A stretch of DNA of 51,890 nucleotides from a virus (Duplodnaviria > Caudoviricetes), in IMG/VR virus record IMGVR_UViG_3300032397_000018, positions 1 through 51,890 of that record; one strand, 5' to 3'. The notes beneath the pieces were generated by a model. It saw only the letters and a program-made list of their open reading frames with translations, searched no databases and had not been told where the DNA came from. The position numbers were made by a program, and so were the translations under genes. Of this stretch, positions 17,801-27,300 are shown piece after piece. Each line of letters begins with the position of its first letter. The first letter of the stretch is position 1.

Positions 17801-19240
17801 GCGGTCAAGGATTTTGAGCGTGTCAGTAAAGGTGCGACATCTGTTGCTACATCGATCGGAAATGCGATTACACAGGCGACCACGGCTGGAGAGGAATCTC
17901 TGAACAGTTGGTGGAGTAAATTTAGCGATTGGCTCTCGAAAGTTTGGGAAGGCATGATTGCTGGTCTCGTCGAGGTTTGGCGTGGAATCATCGGAATGCT
18001 AACGACAGTCTGGGAATTATTGCGTCAGGTATGGCTATTTATTTTTGATCTTTTGAATAGGGCATGGGCTGTGCTGACAGAGGTCTGGCGAGGAATCGTT
18101 GATTTACTTGGTCGAGCGTGGACTGCTTTGACAGAAGTTTGGCGCGGAATATTTGACCTGCTGGGAAAAGCTTGGGCCGCGTTGACGGTTGTATTTCAAT
18201 GGGTTATCGACAAGGTAATAACGCCAATTATTCAAGGAATTACAGCCGTTTGGCAGTGGGTTCTCGATAATGTAATTTTGCCGCTCATCAATGGTCTACA
18301 AGCGGTATGGCAGTTCGCTCTGGACTTGATTGTGAATCCACTCATCAATGGATTTAAGGCCGTCTGGCAATTCGCTCTAGATTCGATCGTGAACCCGCTC
18401 ATCAATGGATTTAAGGCCGTCTGGCAATTCGCTCTAGATTCGATCGTGAACCCGCTCATCAACGGGTTACAAGCTGTTTGGCAGTTCGCTCTAGATTCGA
18501 TCGTGAACCCGCTCATCAACGGGTTACAAGCTGTTTGGCAGTTCGCGTTGGACTCGATCGTGAACCCAATCATCAACGGTCTCAACTCAGCATGGCAGAC
18601 TGTGATCGACAAAGTAGTCACTCCGCTGACATCGTTTAAATTACCAAACTGGTCGTGGCCAACGATGCCCAAATTCACGTGGCCGTCATTCAACGCTTTC
18701 AAATGGCCAGCATTGCCGTCTTTCCCTAGTCTGCCACGTTTTCCAGCACTTCCTTCATTCCCCGCTATAGCAACGCCAACCTGGCTACAGAACTTCATCA
18801 ATGCTGTTTCGTCTCTTGTGAACTGGAAATTAGAGATACCAGCAGTTGGTGGTGGTGGTGGTGCAACATGGCCTCCCTGGTCAACAGGTGGCAAGCTACA
18901 GCCGATTTATGCTGCGGAAGGTCTTGCTGTGCCTCGGCCAATTGGCGCGGACATCATCCCGATTATGGCTTCTCCTGGTGAATTTATCGTCAATGCTCGC
19001 AGCGCATCGGCTAATGCCGGAACACTCGCTGCCATAAATGCCAGTCGAGGGATTCCCGTGTCATCTGCTGGGACATCAGCACCACAGACCGTACAACTCA
19101 ACGTAACGATCAATGCCAAAACCATACTGGATGCGGATGAAATCAAACGCCAGGTGATACCGGCTATCGATCAACATCTCAAACGTCGTTCTCTTGACGG
19201 TGCTTTTGTGCTGGCTGCTGCTGGCGTACAGACGAGGTAA
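14840..19240 (+). CDS. Tape measure protein
   Basis: 1466 aa, helical, hydrophobic segments, 11-, 18- and 19-aa aromatic repeats, C-terminal PGEFIVNA motif. Confidence 0.93.
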   Translation: MAVSSSADFFVTLGVQDNFTPAMQQAVNTAEQVVSSMGRLSLNIITMNQALELAQKAWSALGKIVEMVGIHEYAEAEKNVLKLSFALANQGQDVEAGVKHFEHLTNEIQRNSTASEDTLMKLAAQSKALGLTTDMTDKLLRGSVDLAAVMDTDVDQAFQQLLSSLAGNARGIGRYIKAVRDMTPEMLQAGGAVEYVANKMKGFAEREAGTMLGRTEQIKNGFKQLKQSLGELSVTAFTIPGLNAGPSPIAKTIFDIVEELKSLIPVVVEARNKVLAFFGGLKIAFIDVDWTGIFGSFTRAVLQAAAAVAVFAVASNLSLIIASIPLIEIGFALITARLWAMAKAFTAASASIAVTAVKFTAVALGAVTTAIAIDLIIRNIDKLGKLFATSFLHIIGGAVIVVRELVNLIGMIPGMGGPTEAALGKIDGLLESMAVSAGEFSEGLDLGFAGKVFTEGQKFMRNLAEGTDLTAKKLKEAEAKAKDFGVVLKASVGTAVKLTDDLKKQLDEILKRYKDNQQAISEAGLTEGQAIILRATAAREAIVQFERELKIRGMLTTEIKNQLAAAREAEGVRGNIELDKLRVKMMTEAVTKADELQQSLDKQRMTERELVAADLKRTTAAIDLQRFNALQNETWTPEMERVLQGSAKAAKELAAIKMSELPMTMRDAFKEISKGFKAVGTGSVWSGLWQMGKGVASAIGTAIMIAADYVGEVLEGAFSVAKGLFGGGYVDVVSDIIDAVGSIPQMLTTAMTRLGSVIDKIVSQFPVMVQQLVAALPGIVDKIVAAFPQLIATIADSLPKIAQTIGQQFPRIIAALMDAIPKLVEMLPSIIAPLLDGLVNAVGIIIDKLPAILTSIFQTLPKLAVEIFRAIPSLVANLLENIDDVIFAFVDGLIASEGEIVGGFIDQFFMQGGAERLIGSIIRSIPKIVFALVRGIASGLSKALKGIMGGGFGAIKAPAALIDLPKKLEGAFKKLGQVVSADTSKLFAVKDFERVSKGATSVATSIGNAITQATTAGEESLNSWWSKFSDWLSKVWEGMIAGLVEVWRGIIGMLTTVWELLRQVWLFIFDLLNRAWAVLTEVWRGIVDLLGRAWTALTEVWRGIFDLLGKAWAALTVVFQWVIDKVITPIIQGITAVWQWVLDNVILPLINGLQAVWQFALDLIVNPLINGFKAVWQFALDSIVNPLINGFKAVWQFALDSIVNPLINGLQAVWQFALDSIVNPLINGLQAVWQFALDSIVNPIINGLNSAWQTVIDKVVTPLTSFKLPNWSWPTMPKFTWPSFNAFKWPALPSFPSLPRFPALPSFPAIATPTWLQNFINAVSSLVNWKLEIPAVGGGGGATWPPWSTGGKLQPIYAAEGLAVPRPIGADIIPIMASPGEFIVNARSASANAGTLAAINASRGIPVSSAGTSAPQTVQLNVTINAKTILDADEIKRQVIPAIDQHLKRRSLDGAFVLAAAGVQTR
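18188..18586 (+). repeat. Seven 57-nt (19-aa) tandem repeats in the tape measure gene
   Basis: Unit AVWQFALDSIVNPLINGxx; copies start at 18359 and 18416, 57 nt apart. Confidence 0.9.
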
Positions 19241-19243
19241 ACC

Positions 19244-21193
19244 ATGAGTCTGACATTTTATGGCTACTGCGAAACCGCTTACGCCAGCGAGGAAACGTAC
19301 TGTGGAGGGAGAGCAGAAGACGGCATTGCTGCGCAGGTAGCACAGATAATTAATGCGTCAAACAAAATAAACGGCCAAGTGCATTTGCAGCTCGTTAATG
19401 CCACGGATGCGGTGAATAGCCAGGTACTGATGGCAATCGTCGATGAGCCAGCAGTTCAGCAATCCCAGGTTTCCATGTTTGTGCTCGATCAAGAGGAAGC
19501 ATCTAACGCGCAAGTTGAACTAGTGATCGAAGCGAGCGTGGCGGTATCTTCTCAAACAGGCATGATAATTGCTGACGAGTTAGCTGCTCTTTCGTCACAA
19601 ATCATGCGGTATGTCTCAGACCGAGAAGACGCTGCGCCAAGTCAAGTGACAATAGATATTGGATCCCTCTCATCGATGCCTTGTCAGGTAAGCCTGGACA
19701 TTGTTGCCGCATTGGATACCTTGCCATCGCAAATCATGCGGTATGTCTCAGACCGAGAAGGCGCTGCGTCGAGCCAAACGCTGATGGGCATAGTCGAGAA
19801 ACAGGTCTCCACAATGTCCCAGGCTGAGTTGCTTCTGTCTGCTCAATTGCATGCGACAAATACCCAGGTTGAGATGCTTCGGAGCACCACGACCTCATTA
19901 CGTACGCAAGTGGCATTGTTCCTTGCAGATCAGAGCAAAATAATCCACGGCAGTGTGCTGCTCGACAAATTGGCCCACCATGCCATTGCCGGATATTGCG
20001 AAGATCCATACTGCGGTGTTGGATATTGCTCTTATCGGATGGGTGCCTACGAACACACGCAAGTTATTTTGGAGAACAAAAAAGAAGTTGAGTTCAATCT
20101 GCAGGTGGAGGCAGTGGTCAAAAAGGATAGTGATCGCCACGTCCAGGTGCTGATGCACATTGTCGATCACCTGCTTGCCAATCCCACACAGGTTTACAAC
20201 AGCATTCGGATACTTAATCCACTCCCTCTCCAGGTTTTGGGGATTATCAACCGAGAAGTTGAGCAGCATACTCAGATTCAGATGATCATCCATAAGCAGA
20301 TTCCAGCGCATCATCAAGCGCAGATGATGCGTGGAGATCGTACTGTTGCACAGGTTACAGCCGTCATTTACAACACTCGTCGCTTGCGCTTTATGGATGT
20401 CTTCCCAAGTCGAGGCACAGCTGCTTTATTGGGGAATAACTGGACGTCTTATCCCTACCAAAGCAATCCAGATTTCTCCCCAAATAACGTCAACACGGAT
20501 GTGCCAGAACAAGTTTTCCGCTCTCCTGACGGTACCAGTGCATTTGTCACGTTGACGTGTGACTCTGGTCTGCCTCAAGGCGTTTTCTTGGATACGTTAG
20601 CCATCCTGAACCACAATCTCACTCGTGGAGCCGTAGTCAGTCTGCAAGGCAGCAACGACAATTTTGCGACTACCGGAGTGAATATCCCGATTGAGGTAAC
20701 GACTGGAGATATTTACTATATCTCTCCATCGCTGCCACATGATGGTTGGCGGTACTGGCGTTTGACATTCATCGACAACGCAAACCCGGATACGTTTGTG
20801 CGTGTCGGGATTGTCCTGTTTGGTGCTGCAAGGATTTTCACGATGAGCGAAAACTTCGTCCAACCACTGATTTCTGGTTTGCGTGATTTCAAGGACGTGA
20901 TGGCAACGGAAGGTTACACCAACGTCTCTAACGACCGTGCGTTGCGCAGAAGTCTGCGCCTACAGTTTGAGAATTTGGCTCTTGATCGTCAGAATTATCA
21001 GCAACTGGATACCGTCTTCCAGACGGCTCGCACAACCAGTAAAGTTCTTTGGATTCCAACGCCATATAATCCTGAACGATATTCGGTGTTTGCTAAATTG
21101 ACTCAGTTGCCAGACATGACCGTAATCAGCAACGCGGAAGATGGTGGCACTGACTATCTAACGTTCTCAATCGAAGTAGACGAAAGCCTTTGA
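19244..21193 (+). CDS. Distal-tail-like protein with long N-terminal repeat region
   Basis: Directly after the tape measure gene; C-terminal LAILNHNL...LQGSNDNF...RYWRL; N-terminal recurring SQVxMxI units. Confidence 0.65.
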   Translation: MSLTFYGYCETAYASEETYCGGRAEDGIAAQVAQIINASNKINGQVHLQLVNATDAVNSQVLMAIVDEPAVQQSQVSMFVLDQEEASNAQVELVIEASVAVSSQTGMIIADELAALSSQIMRYVSDREDAAPSQVTIDIGSLSSMPCQVSLDIVAALDTLPSQIMRYVSDREGAASSQTLMGIVEKQVSTMSQAELLLSAQLHATNTQVEMLRSTTTSLRTQVALFLADQSKIIHGSVLLDKLAHHAIAGYCEDPYCGVGYCSYRMGAYEHTQVILENKKEVEFNLQVEAVVKKDSDRHVQVLMHIVDHLLANPTQVYNSIRILNPLPLQVLGIINREVEQHTQIQMIIHKQIPAHHQAQMMRGDRTVAQVTAVIYNTRRLRFMDVFPSRGTAALLGNNWTSYPYQSNPDFSPNNVNTDVPEQVFRSPDGTSAFVTLTCDSGLPQGVFLDTLAILNHNLTRGAVVSLQGSNDNFATTGVNIPIEVTTGDIYYISPSLPHDGWRYWRLTFIDNANPDTFVRVGIVLFGAARIFTMSENFVQPLISGLRDFKDVMATEGYTNVSNDRALRRSLRLQFENLALDRQNYQQLDTVFQTARTTSKVLWIPTPYNPERYSVFAKLTQLPDMTVISNAEDGGTDYLTFSIEVDESL

Positions 21194-21203
21194 AGGGGAA
21201 ACC

Positions 21204-23165
21204 ATGGCTTGGAGTGATAGGCGTCCCTACGAAACTGCCATGTTAATCACGCAGGTATTGCTCGATGCCTGCGCTGACAATTTGGTTTTTCGCCTGGAAA
21301 CCATCGCAGATATCGAAACGCCATCTGCCACGATTCATGCCAGTGACCGAAACAAATATGTTGGAAACACATATTACGGATCACGGATACAGCTTCCAGC
21401 GATCAAGCGCACGATCGGCGAATGGCTGGCACCTGTGCTGGAATTCTCGACGTTGCAGATCAGTGTTTCAAACGTGGACGGCATCTATAACCCATTAATG
21501 CCAGGAGGAATAAACTGGTCGGGATGGGTGGGAAAGGCTCTGGAGATTAAACGTGGATTGTTCGACATCGCATCATCTTACACCACGGTGTTCAAGGGCT
21601 ATGTGACAGAAGTTGGTGGATTCTCTAGGGATAACAAGTCATTGACTGTGATCGCTAGGGATGAATTTGATCGTCTGAACGCTGATTTCCCGATGGCGGT
21701 ATGGGATCAGGCCACATACCCAAAAATCAGTGCTGCCGTGGCGGGGACATATATCCCAGTAATATATGGCGATTGGACTGTGGCACTAGATCCAAATCCT
21801 GCCATCGTTCCTGCGGTCGTGGTCAATTCTGGAGATCCTTTTCTCGATTGGCGCGACAGCAACATCGAGATCACTGTAGGCGCACCAGGAATAGTAACTG
21901 CGGCTTCTCATTGCCTCGATACAGACGATCCGATTGAAATTGACACCAATGGGACTCTCCCATCTCCTCTGAGCCCTGGCGGTACCTATTACGCCGTCGT
22001 GCTCGATGTTGATAATTTTGGTTTGGCCACGCTCCCTGGTGGGTTGGCCATCGCTATGACGGGACCACAAACGGGACAGCATCGTTTTCGGCCAGCTGCG
22101 ATAGGCACTCGGGCTGCGGTGCAATGCGTGATCACGACACAGGCATTGCTAGAGTTACAGACCGACCAGATTTATCTCAAGCGCAGTGATGGGTTTTATG
22201 CAGTTCCGATATCCGAGATCGGAGGACTGGTAGGGACCAATAACCAGTTTACTGTGACACAGAATAACTTGGGTGTGCTGTGGGTGGGCGGTAAGGAATT
22301 TCTCTATTCGTCGTCTGATGTGTTTGTTGTCCGATGCCGTGGCAAAAACTTAGGCGGCAACAGCGACAACATTGTAGCTATTGCTGCTGATATCTTGCAG
22401 ACATACGGTGGAGCCGTAGCAGGTGATTTCCACGCCAATTGGGCTACGTACATGGCTAAGATCACGCCAGCACAGAGTGCTGTGGCCACGTTCAAGGCGC
22501 GAGTATTTGAGGCTGAGAAACAGCAGGCTATGCAGTTTGCACTTAGCCTTTTGGAGCAAGTGCGACTCGAAGCATTTATCGATTCCAATCGAAAAATTAA
22601 AATAAATTCAATGCATTTTGAAGATTGGCCAGCAGCGCCTTCTTTCTCGATCCAGACCTGGGATGCTGAGAGAGACTCATTCAGACCAAAACTGGATGAC
22701 CGCAACACGTTCAACCGTGTGGCAGGAGATTACAATTTCAGTCCTTTGGATAAGCGCAACACACGGCAGACAGGCGTGTTACGAAATCAAGCGGCCATTA
22801 CTCAAATGGGTAAAGAGATTAGCAAAAAAATCGTTTTCCCAAATCTGTATGACGAAATCACGGTCAAAGCGCAATGCACAGAAATATTGCGTTTAGCATC
22901 GGCGCAGAGTGAACTAGTCGAAATAAACGTCTCTCCTCGGGCAATGCTAAAAGACCTTGGGGATTGGGTTTTGATTAATGTTTCCTTTGGCGCATCGATA
23001 TTTGAGAACGTGCCTGCTATGATTCGGGACATAGGTCAAGACCAGAGCGGAGTCAAAATAATTATGAAGTTGTGGTCGATGCAATTGGTCCCGTTTCCTG
23101 GTTGGAATCCAGGTTATGCTGGTATCGTCGGTGGCTACGCGGCCACTATTACAGAAGAAACGTAA
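21204..23165 (+). CDS. Tail tip/baseplate hub protein
   Basis: ISVSNVDG, VFKGYV, IPVIYGD and DLGDWV motifs; position after the Dit-like gene. Confidence 0.7.
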   Translation: MAWSDRRPYETAMLITQVLLDACADNLVFRLETIADIETPSATIHASDRNKYVGNTYYGSRIQLPAIKRTIGEWLAPVLEFSTLQISVSNVDGIYNPLMPGGINWSGWVGKALEIKRGLFDIASSYTTVFKGYVTEVGGFSRDNKSLTVIARDEFDRLNADFPMAVWDQATYPKISAAVAGTYIPVIYGDWTVALDPNPAIVPAVVVNSGDPFLDWRDSNIEITVGAPGIVTAASHCLDTDDPIEIDTNGTLPSPLSPGGTYYAVVLDVDNFGLATLPGGLAIAMTGPQTGQHRFRPAAIGTRAAVQCVITTQALLELQTDQIYLKRSDGFYAVPISEIGGLVGTNNQFTVTQNNLGVLWVGGKEFLYSSSDVFVVRCRGKNLGGNSDNIVAIAADILQTYGGAVAGDFHANWATYMAKITPAQSAVATFKARVFEAEKQQAMQFALSLLEQVRLEAFIDSNRKIKINSMHFEDWPAAPSFSIQTWDAERDSFRPKLDDRNTFNRVAGDYNFSPLDKRNTRQTGVLRNQAAITQMGKEISKKIVFPNLYDEITVKAQCTEILRLASAQSELVEINVSPRAMLKDLGDWVLINVSFGASIFENVPAMIRDIGQDQSGVKIIMKLWSMQLVPFPGWNPGYAGIVGGYAATITEET

Positions 23166-23181
23166 CTGAGAGAGGTAAGTC

Positions 23182-23847
23182 ATGGCCGTAGTTCTCACCG
23201 TCGCCAAAACGATCAATGGCGCTCAAATTGCTGATTCGCTGGCTGGTGGATCGAGCGGATTAGATTTGGGCTCTTGTGTCAACAACGAATACTGCCCGAT
23301 CACGTCAAAATCCGCGAACACTGGATGGATGAATCTGTTCATTCGGCACAACGCGACGATCGATCCCATTACCGACGTCAAGACGTTTATCGCTGAATTT
23401 TCAGGAACCTACGGTGGCGCTGATAGTTCTGTAAACGATATTGCCACGCTGATTGCCAAAGGCGCAGCTGACAATGAAGCCACATCGAATAACAGCGACG
23501 GCCTGTCGAGCGGTCTCAGGATCGAACACGACGCTGACATCGCTGCTAGTCTTGGTCTTTCCGCGTTTCTGCCCTCCCGTGGACAGGTCGAAATTTACGG
23601 CAACAGCAGCACGGATGGTATCGATCTCGCGTCTGCTTACCCGTTGCACGTTGACGCCTTGTCCTACAACAACGCGGGAACTGAGACTGATGCCGTTACG
23701 CCAGTAACTGGCAAAATCGGGAAAGCTGCGGACACCACGCTCGGTGATCGGGCGCACATAAAATTACGTTTTTATCTCGAATCAGCAGCTCCAGATGGCG
23801 GTATTTTGCAATGGGATTATGTGGTCGCTTATAGCTTTACTGCCTAG
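23182..23847 (+). CDS. Putative virion structural protein
   Basis: GAGG RBS; Gly/Ser/Thr/Ala-rich beta-type composition; tail module. Confidence 0.6.
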   Translation: MAVVLTVAKTINGAQIADSLAGGSSGLDLGSCVNNEYCPITSKSANTGWMNLFIRHNATIDPITDVKTFIAEFSGTYGGADSSVNDIATLIAKGAADNEATSNNSDGLSSGLRIEHDADIAASLGLSAFLPSRGQVEIYGNSSTDGIDLASAYPLHVDALSYNNAGTETDAVTPVTGKIGKAADTTLGDRAHIKLRFYLESAAPDGGILQWDYVVAYSFTA

Positions 23848-23861
23848 TCCTATAAGGATTT

Positions 23862-24308
23862 ATGCTCATGACCACGCCAAAAAAAGTTTGGGGATTGAAC
23901 ACCGATAAATCGCTCTATCGTCTGCGCTGGCGTTTTGATTTTTCAGACGATAAGCGATCTCGATTCGGGATCTGGAATAACAGCGGTGCTCTTGCTACGG
24001 ACGGTGCGTGGTGTGTTAACAAGACCAATTTGCTTCGGGCAGCAATCGAGGCTGAAGACACGCGCACGTGGGAGACAGTTGCACTCTGGGAATGTGATGG
24101 CTCAGAATTCGTCAATTTCGAGTGGATGGCTGGTGCTCCAATGGGTTCGCCTTTCTCGTCGGGCACGGTAACGCTCAGATCAACGATCGTGGGAATGGCA
24201 GGTATCAGTAGGGATTTTAGATGTGAGGTCTTCGTTGATGGCTCGTCTAGGCGACGGGAACGCAGCGAACATGACAAGAAAAACATTTTAGCTGCGTGGA
24301 AACTTTGA
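23862..24308 (+). CDS. Hypothetical protein
   Basis: AAGGA RBS; fills the gap in the operon. Confidence 0.6.
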   Translation: MLMTTPKKVWGLNTDKSLYRLRWRFDFSDDKRSRFGIWNNSGALATDGAWCVNKTNLLRAAIEAEDTRTWETVALWECDGSEFVNFEWMAGAPMGSPFSSGTVTLRSTIVGMAGISRDFRCEVFVDGSSRRRERSEHDKKNILAAWKL

Positions 24309-24316
24309 GGTTTTAA

Positions 24317-26035
24317 ATGACAATAATTTCACGATTGAAATTAGATCATCCAATACTCGGTACCTCTGCTGGCGCTGGTTTACATTCTAGCCTCGAAAGC
24401 ATCTATCTAAAAATCGGTGATTCTCTTTCCAGCCGATTCTTTACGATCGAAAACCTCAATGACTCTACTTCTGTTGATTGTGACCATAATTTCAACACGT
24501 TAATTGGCAATCTACGTTACGACCTCTATCTGTGGGACACGGTCACTGGGGAAATAACACTCCTCACAGAAGACACGACTCCCACGCTGGCGTCTTTTGG
24601 CATCATCGCCAAAGTCGGTGACACCAAAAAACAGTTCACTGTGACCAATAATTCTGGTGCTCAACGCGATCTAGTCCTCATGGTCTTCAACGATCCCCTG
24701 GAGCTGAATGAGCTGACCGATGTGGATACCGCAGGGAAAGAAGATGGTCAGGCGATGGTCTATGACCTCGCTACGAAGCTCTGGAAGCCGGGAGCCTCTG
24801 GAGATGCCTCCTTTAAGCTGCAATCGATCACAGATCCCAATGCGATCCTCAAGGGGGGATATTTGATGCTCCCTGATGGCAGGGAGCTTGCGACTTACGA
24901 CGGGACTGGTGGAGCATCGACTGATTTCGGCAAAGACATGACGGTAAATCTGGACACCATCTTGGGCGGAAGTCCAGCCAATGCCACGTCCTATTTTTTG
25001 TACATCGATCTGAACACGCTTGGAGCAGTAACGGTTTGCTCAGACAATGGTCGCAGACTTTACGCTGTTACTCAGGCCAATCTGGTCCTGTCTGTGACCG
25101 CTCCAGAGGTCGCGAACCTCAATCGCTATGTTGCGCGTGGGGTGATTCGATCGGCGACAACAGGGACGGTATGGTCGGGTACAGGATCAACATTTGCGAC
25201 GATGGCGTCGTTGCGCCATGATCCGCTCGGATCGTTTTTTTCTTACATCGAGGAAAAACTGGACAGTGCCACGTCTGCTGCGGTCAAAACTGTCACACAT
25301 GGATTGAGTGGTAGGCCGAACCTTCCTCCCACTTTGGAGTTTGTGACATTTTTGACGGGCAAACGGACTCCGCTTTCCGCTGAAACGTATTGCACCGACA
25401 ACAACGCGACCACAACGGTTTTCGATTTTTCTTCTCTGACGTTTGCCTCCAGTGATCGTGTCGAGATTGGTCTCTATTACTGTCCCAGGGTGGCCAATGG
25501 ATTCGTCTCCAGCTCGCAGCAATACGAGAGTCCATGGTTTGATTCGGCGCTCCCCGCAAGCGCAACGCACGGTCAGGCGGACAAATTCGCGATCAGAGCG
25601 GTGTCCTACCTCGAATGGGATGTGACAGCGGGAACAATCAAGCAGCGGGAATGTACGCTTGGTTTAGTCACATACTGGAACGACACCACGATCTATTTTA
25701 ACGGCACTGGCATTACGCCATCGAGCACGCTGAAATATAAAATCGTGGCTGGTGGTTCTCCTCTGCCGCAGGCAGCAGCTCCGATCATGGGCAGCATGTT
25801 CGAGTTTACGGCTCTTGGGCAATTGGCATCTGGGAGCACGGCTTACGTCTGCTCGAAGATGTTTGGTGACAGCCCGACAGAGATTGCCGTGGTTCAGAAG
25901 AAGACCAATGGCTGGCAGCCTGTCCCCATCGTTGACTCGATTTGGGTCACTGCTGATGGCAACAAGTATCTGCGCGGGGACATCGATGTTCTGGTGCCGT
26001 CTGTGTCTGAACCTGTGAGAATCACAGTAAGATAA
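24317..26035 (+). CDS. Tail fibre-like protein
   Basis: LNELTDV...DGQAMVYD...LWKP fibre motif; repeated HN/HG beta modules (CDHNFN, VTHGLS, ATHGQ). Confidence 0.7.
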   Translation: MTIISRLKLDHPILGTSAGAGLHSSLESIYLKIGDSLSSRFFTIENLNDSTSVDCDHNFNTLIGNLRYDLYLWDTVTGEITLLTEDTTPTLASFGIIAKVGDTKKQFTVTNNSGAQRDLVLMVFNDPLELNELTDVDTAGKEDGQAMVYDLATKLWKPGASGDASFKLQSITDPNAILKGGYLMLPDGRELATYDGTGGASTDFGKDMTVNLDTILGGSPANATSYFLYIDLNTLGAVTVCSDNGRRLYAVTQANLVLSVTAPEVANLNRYVARGVIRSATTGTVWSGTGSTFATMASLRHDPLGSFFSYIEEKLDSATSAAVKTVTHGLSGRPNLPPTLEFVTFLTGKRTPLSAETYCTDNNATTTVFDFSSLTFASSDRVEIGLYYCPRVANGFVSSSQQYESPWFDSALPASATHGQADKFAIRAVSYLEWDVTAGTIKQRECTLGLVTYWNDTTIYFNGTGITPSSTLKYKIVAGGSPLPQAAAPIMGSMFEFTALGQLASGSTAYVCSKMFGDSPTEIAVVQKKTNGWQPVPIVDSIWVTADGNKYLRGDIDVLVPSVSEPVRITVR

Positions 26036-26045
26036 AGGAGAATCC

Positions 26046-27284
26046 ATGCGCTTCATTTTTGCTTTTTTGGTTTTGTTTACGGCTGGCCAGTCATGGGCCA
26101 CATCCGATGATTGGGTGGTGCCAGCCCGTGGTAATGGTGGATCTGTCATCATTGCACCCAAAGACGCCACAGGCACTGCTCAAACGCTCATGACTTTTGA
26201 TCCTGTGAATGGCGTGAGTGGGAGCGGGTTTGCGGGGAAGAATTATATCATCAACGGCGATATGACGTTTTTCCAACGTGGGACGGTGTTCACTTCTATC
26301 GTTACTGCTCAATATTCCGTAGACCGTTACCGCTATGATAAAAGCGGTACAATGGTTCATGAGGTGGGACTATCTAATGATGTTCCTACTTTGGCTCAGA
26401 GTAAGTGGGCATCAACAAACAGTTTTAACATGACGTTAACAACGCCACAAGCCTCAATTGGTTCTTCTGACTGGTTGATGTTATCCCACAGAGTTGAGGG
26501 GTATAACTGGGCAGCTCTCTACGGAAAGACGTTTACTCTATCGTTTTGGGTTAAGGCTACGCAGATTGGGTTGTACAACGTAGCATTAAGGTCTGGTTCG
26601 GTGGACGCAACTTACATAGCACAATTCCCTGTGAATGTGACAGACACTTGGGAAAAGAAGATCATTACAGTCCCTGCTCCTACAATTGGAACGTGGGATC
26701 TTTCTACTGGTATTGGATTGATGATCGGATGGCATTTGGTGTGTGGTTCTAGTCTTCAAGCTCCTTCGGTTAGCACATGGGTGGCTGGCAGCTACCACTG
26801 TGGTGCTGGCCAAGTGAATGGGGTGCAGAGTGGGGCCACTAATTTCAAATTAGCACAAGTCATGCTCAACGAAGGTTCCGTCGCCGCTCCCTTCCAGTTG
26901 GCAGGGGGGACGATTGGTGGGGAACAACAACTTGTTCAGCGGTATACTTATAAAGTGTCTTATACAGGAACTGCCAATCCACTGGCTGTAGGGTTCGCCA
27001 TTTCAACAACTGCTGCGAGTGTTATGGTTCCTTTTCCTGTTACTATGAGGGTTACTCCTACATCTTTGATGACTTCTGCTGCCGCTGCTGATTACAGGTT
27101 ATATGATTTTTCTTCAGCAACTGCCGTTACGTCTCTTCCAAGTCTTAGCGGCAATGGAAGTAGTCCTACTATGGGAAATGTTTCTCTCATTTGTACCGCT
27201 TGTGGGTTGACAGCTTTTCGCCCATATCAGCTAATTCCTAATACTAGTCCAGTAGCGTTTTTACTCTTTGACGCCGAACTCTGA
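26046..27284 (+). CDS. Tail-fibre/carbohydrate-binding-like protein with N-terminal signal peptide
   Basis: MRFIFAFLVLFTAGQSWA/T; KNYIINGDMTFFQRG, DRY, TLSFWVKA, EQQLVQRY and FPVTMRVTP motifs; AGGAG RBS. Confidence 0.8.
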   Translation: MRFIFAFLVLFTAGQSWATSDDWVVPARGNGGSVIIAPKDATGTAQTLMTFDPVNGVSGSGFAGKNYIINGDMTFFQRGTVFTSIVTAQYSVDRYRYDKSGTMVHEVGLSNDVPTLAQSKWASTNSFNMTLTTPQASIGSSDWLMLSHRVEGYNWAALYGKTFTLSFWVKATQIGLYNVALRSGSVDATYIAQFPVNVTDTWEKKIITVPAPTIGTWDLSTGIGLMIGWHLVCGSSLQAPSVSTWVAGSYHCGAGQVNGVQSGATNFKLAQVMLNEGSVAAPFQLAGGTIGGEQQLVQRYTYKVSYTGTANPLAVGFAISTTAASVMVPFPVTMRVTPTSLMTSAAAADYRLYDFSSATAVTSLPSLSGNGSSPTMGNVSLICTACGLTAFRPYQLIPNTSPVAFLLFDAEL

Positions 27285-27300
27285 AAAGGAGCCTCTCAAT

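Noticed and set aside
15313-18894. Long minus-strand ORFs opposite the tape measure gene
   Set aside because: Antisense shadows of a biased, repetitive coding strand; no RBS or motifs
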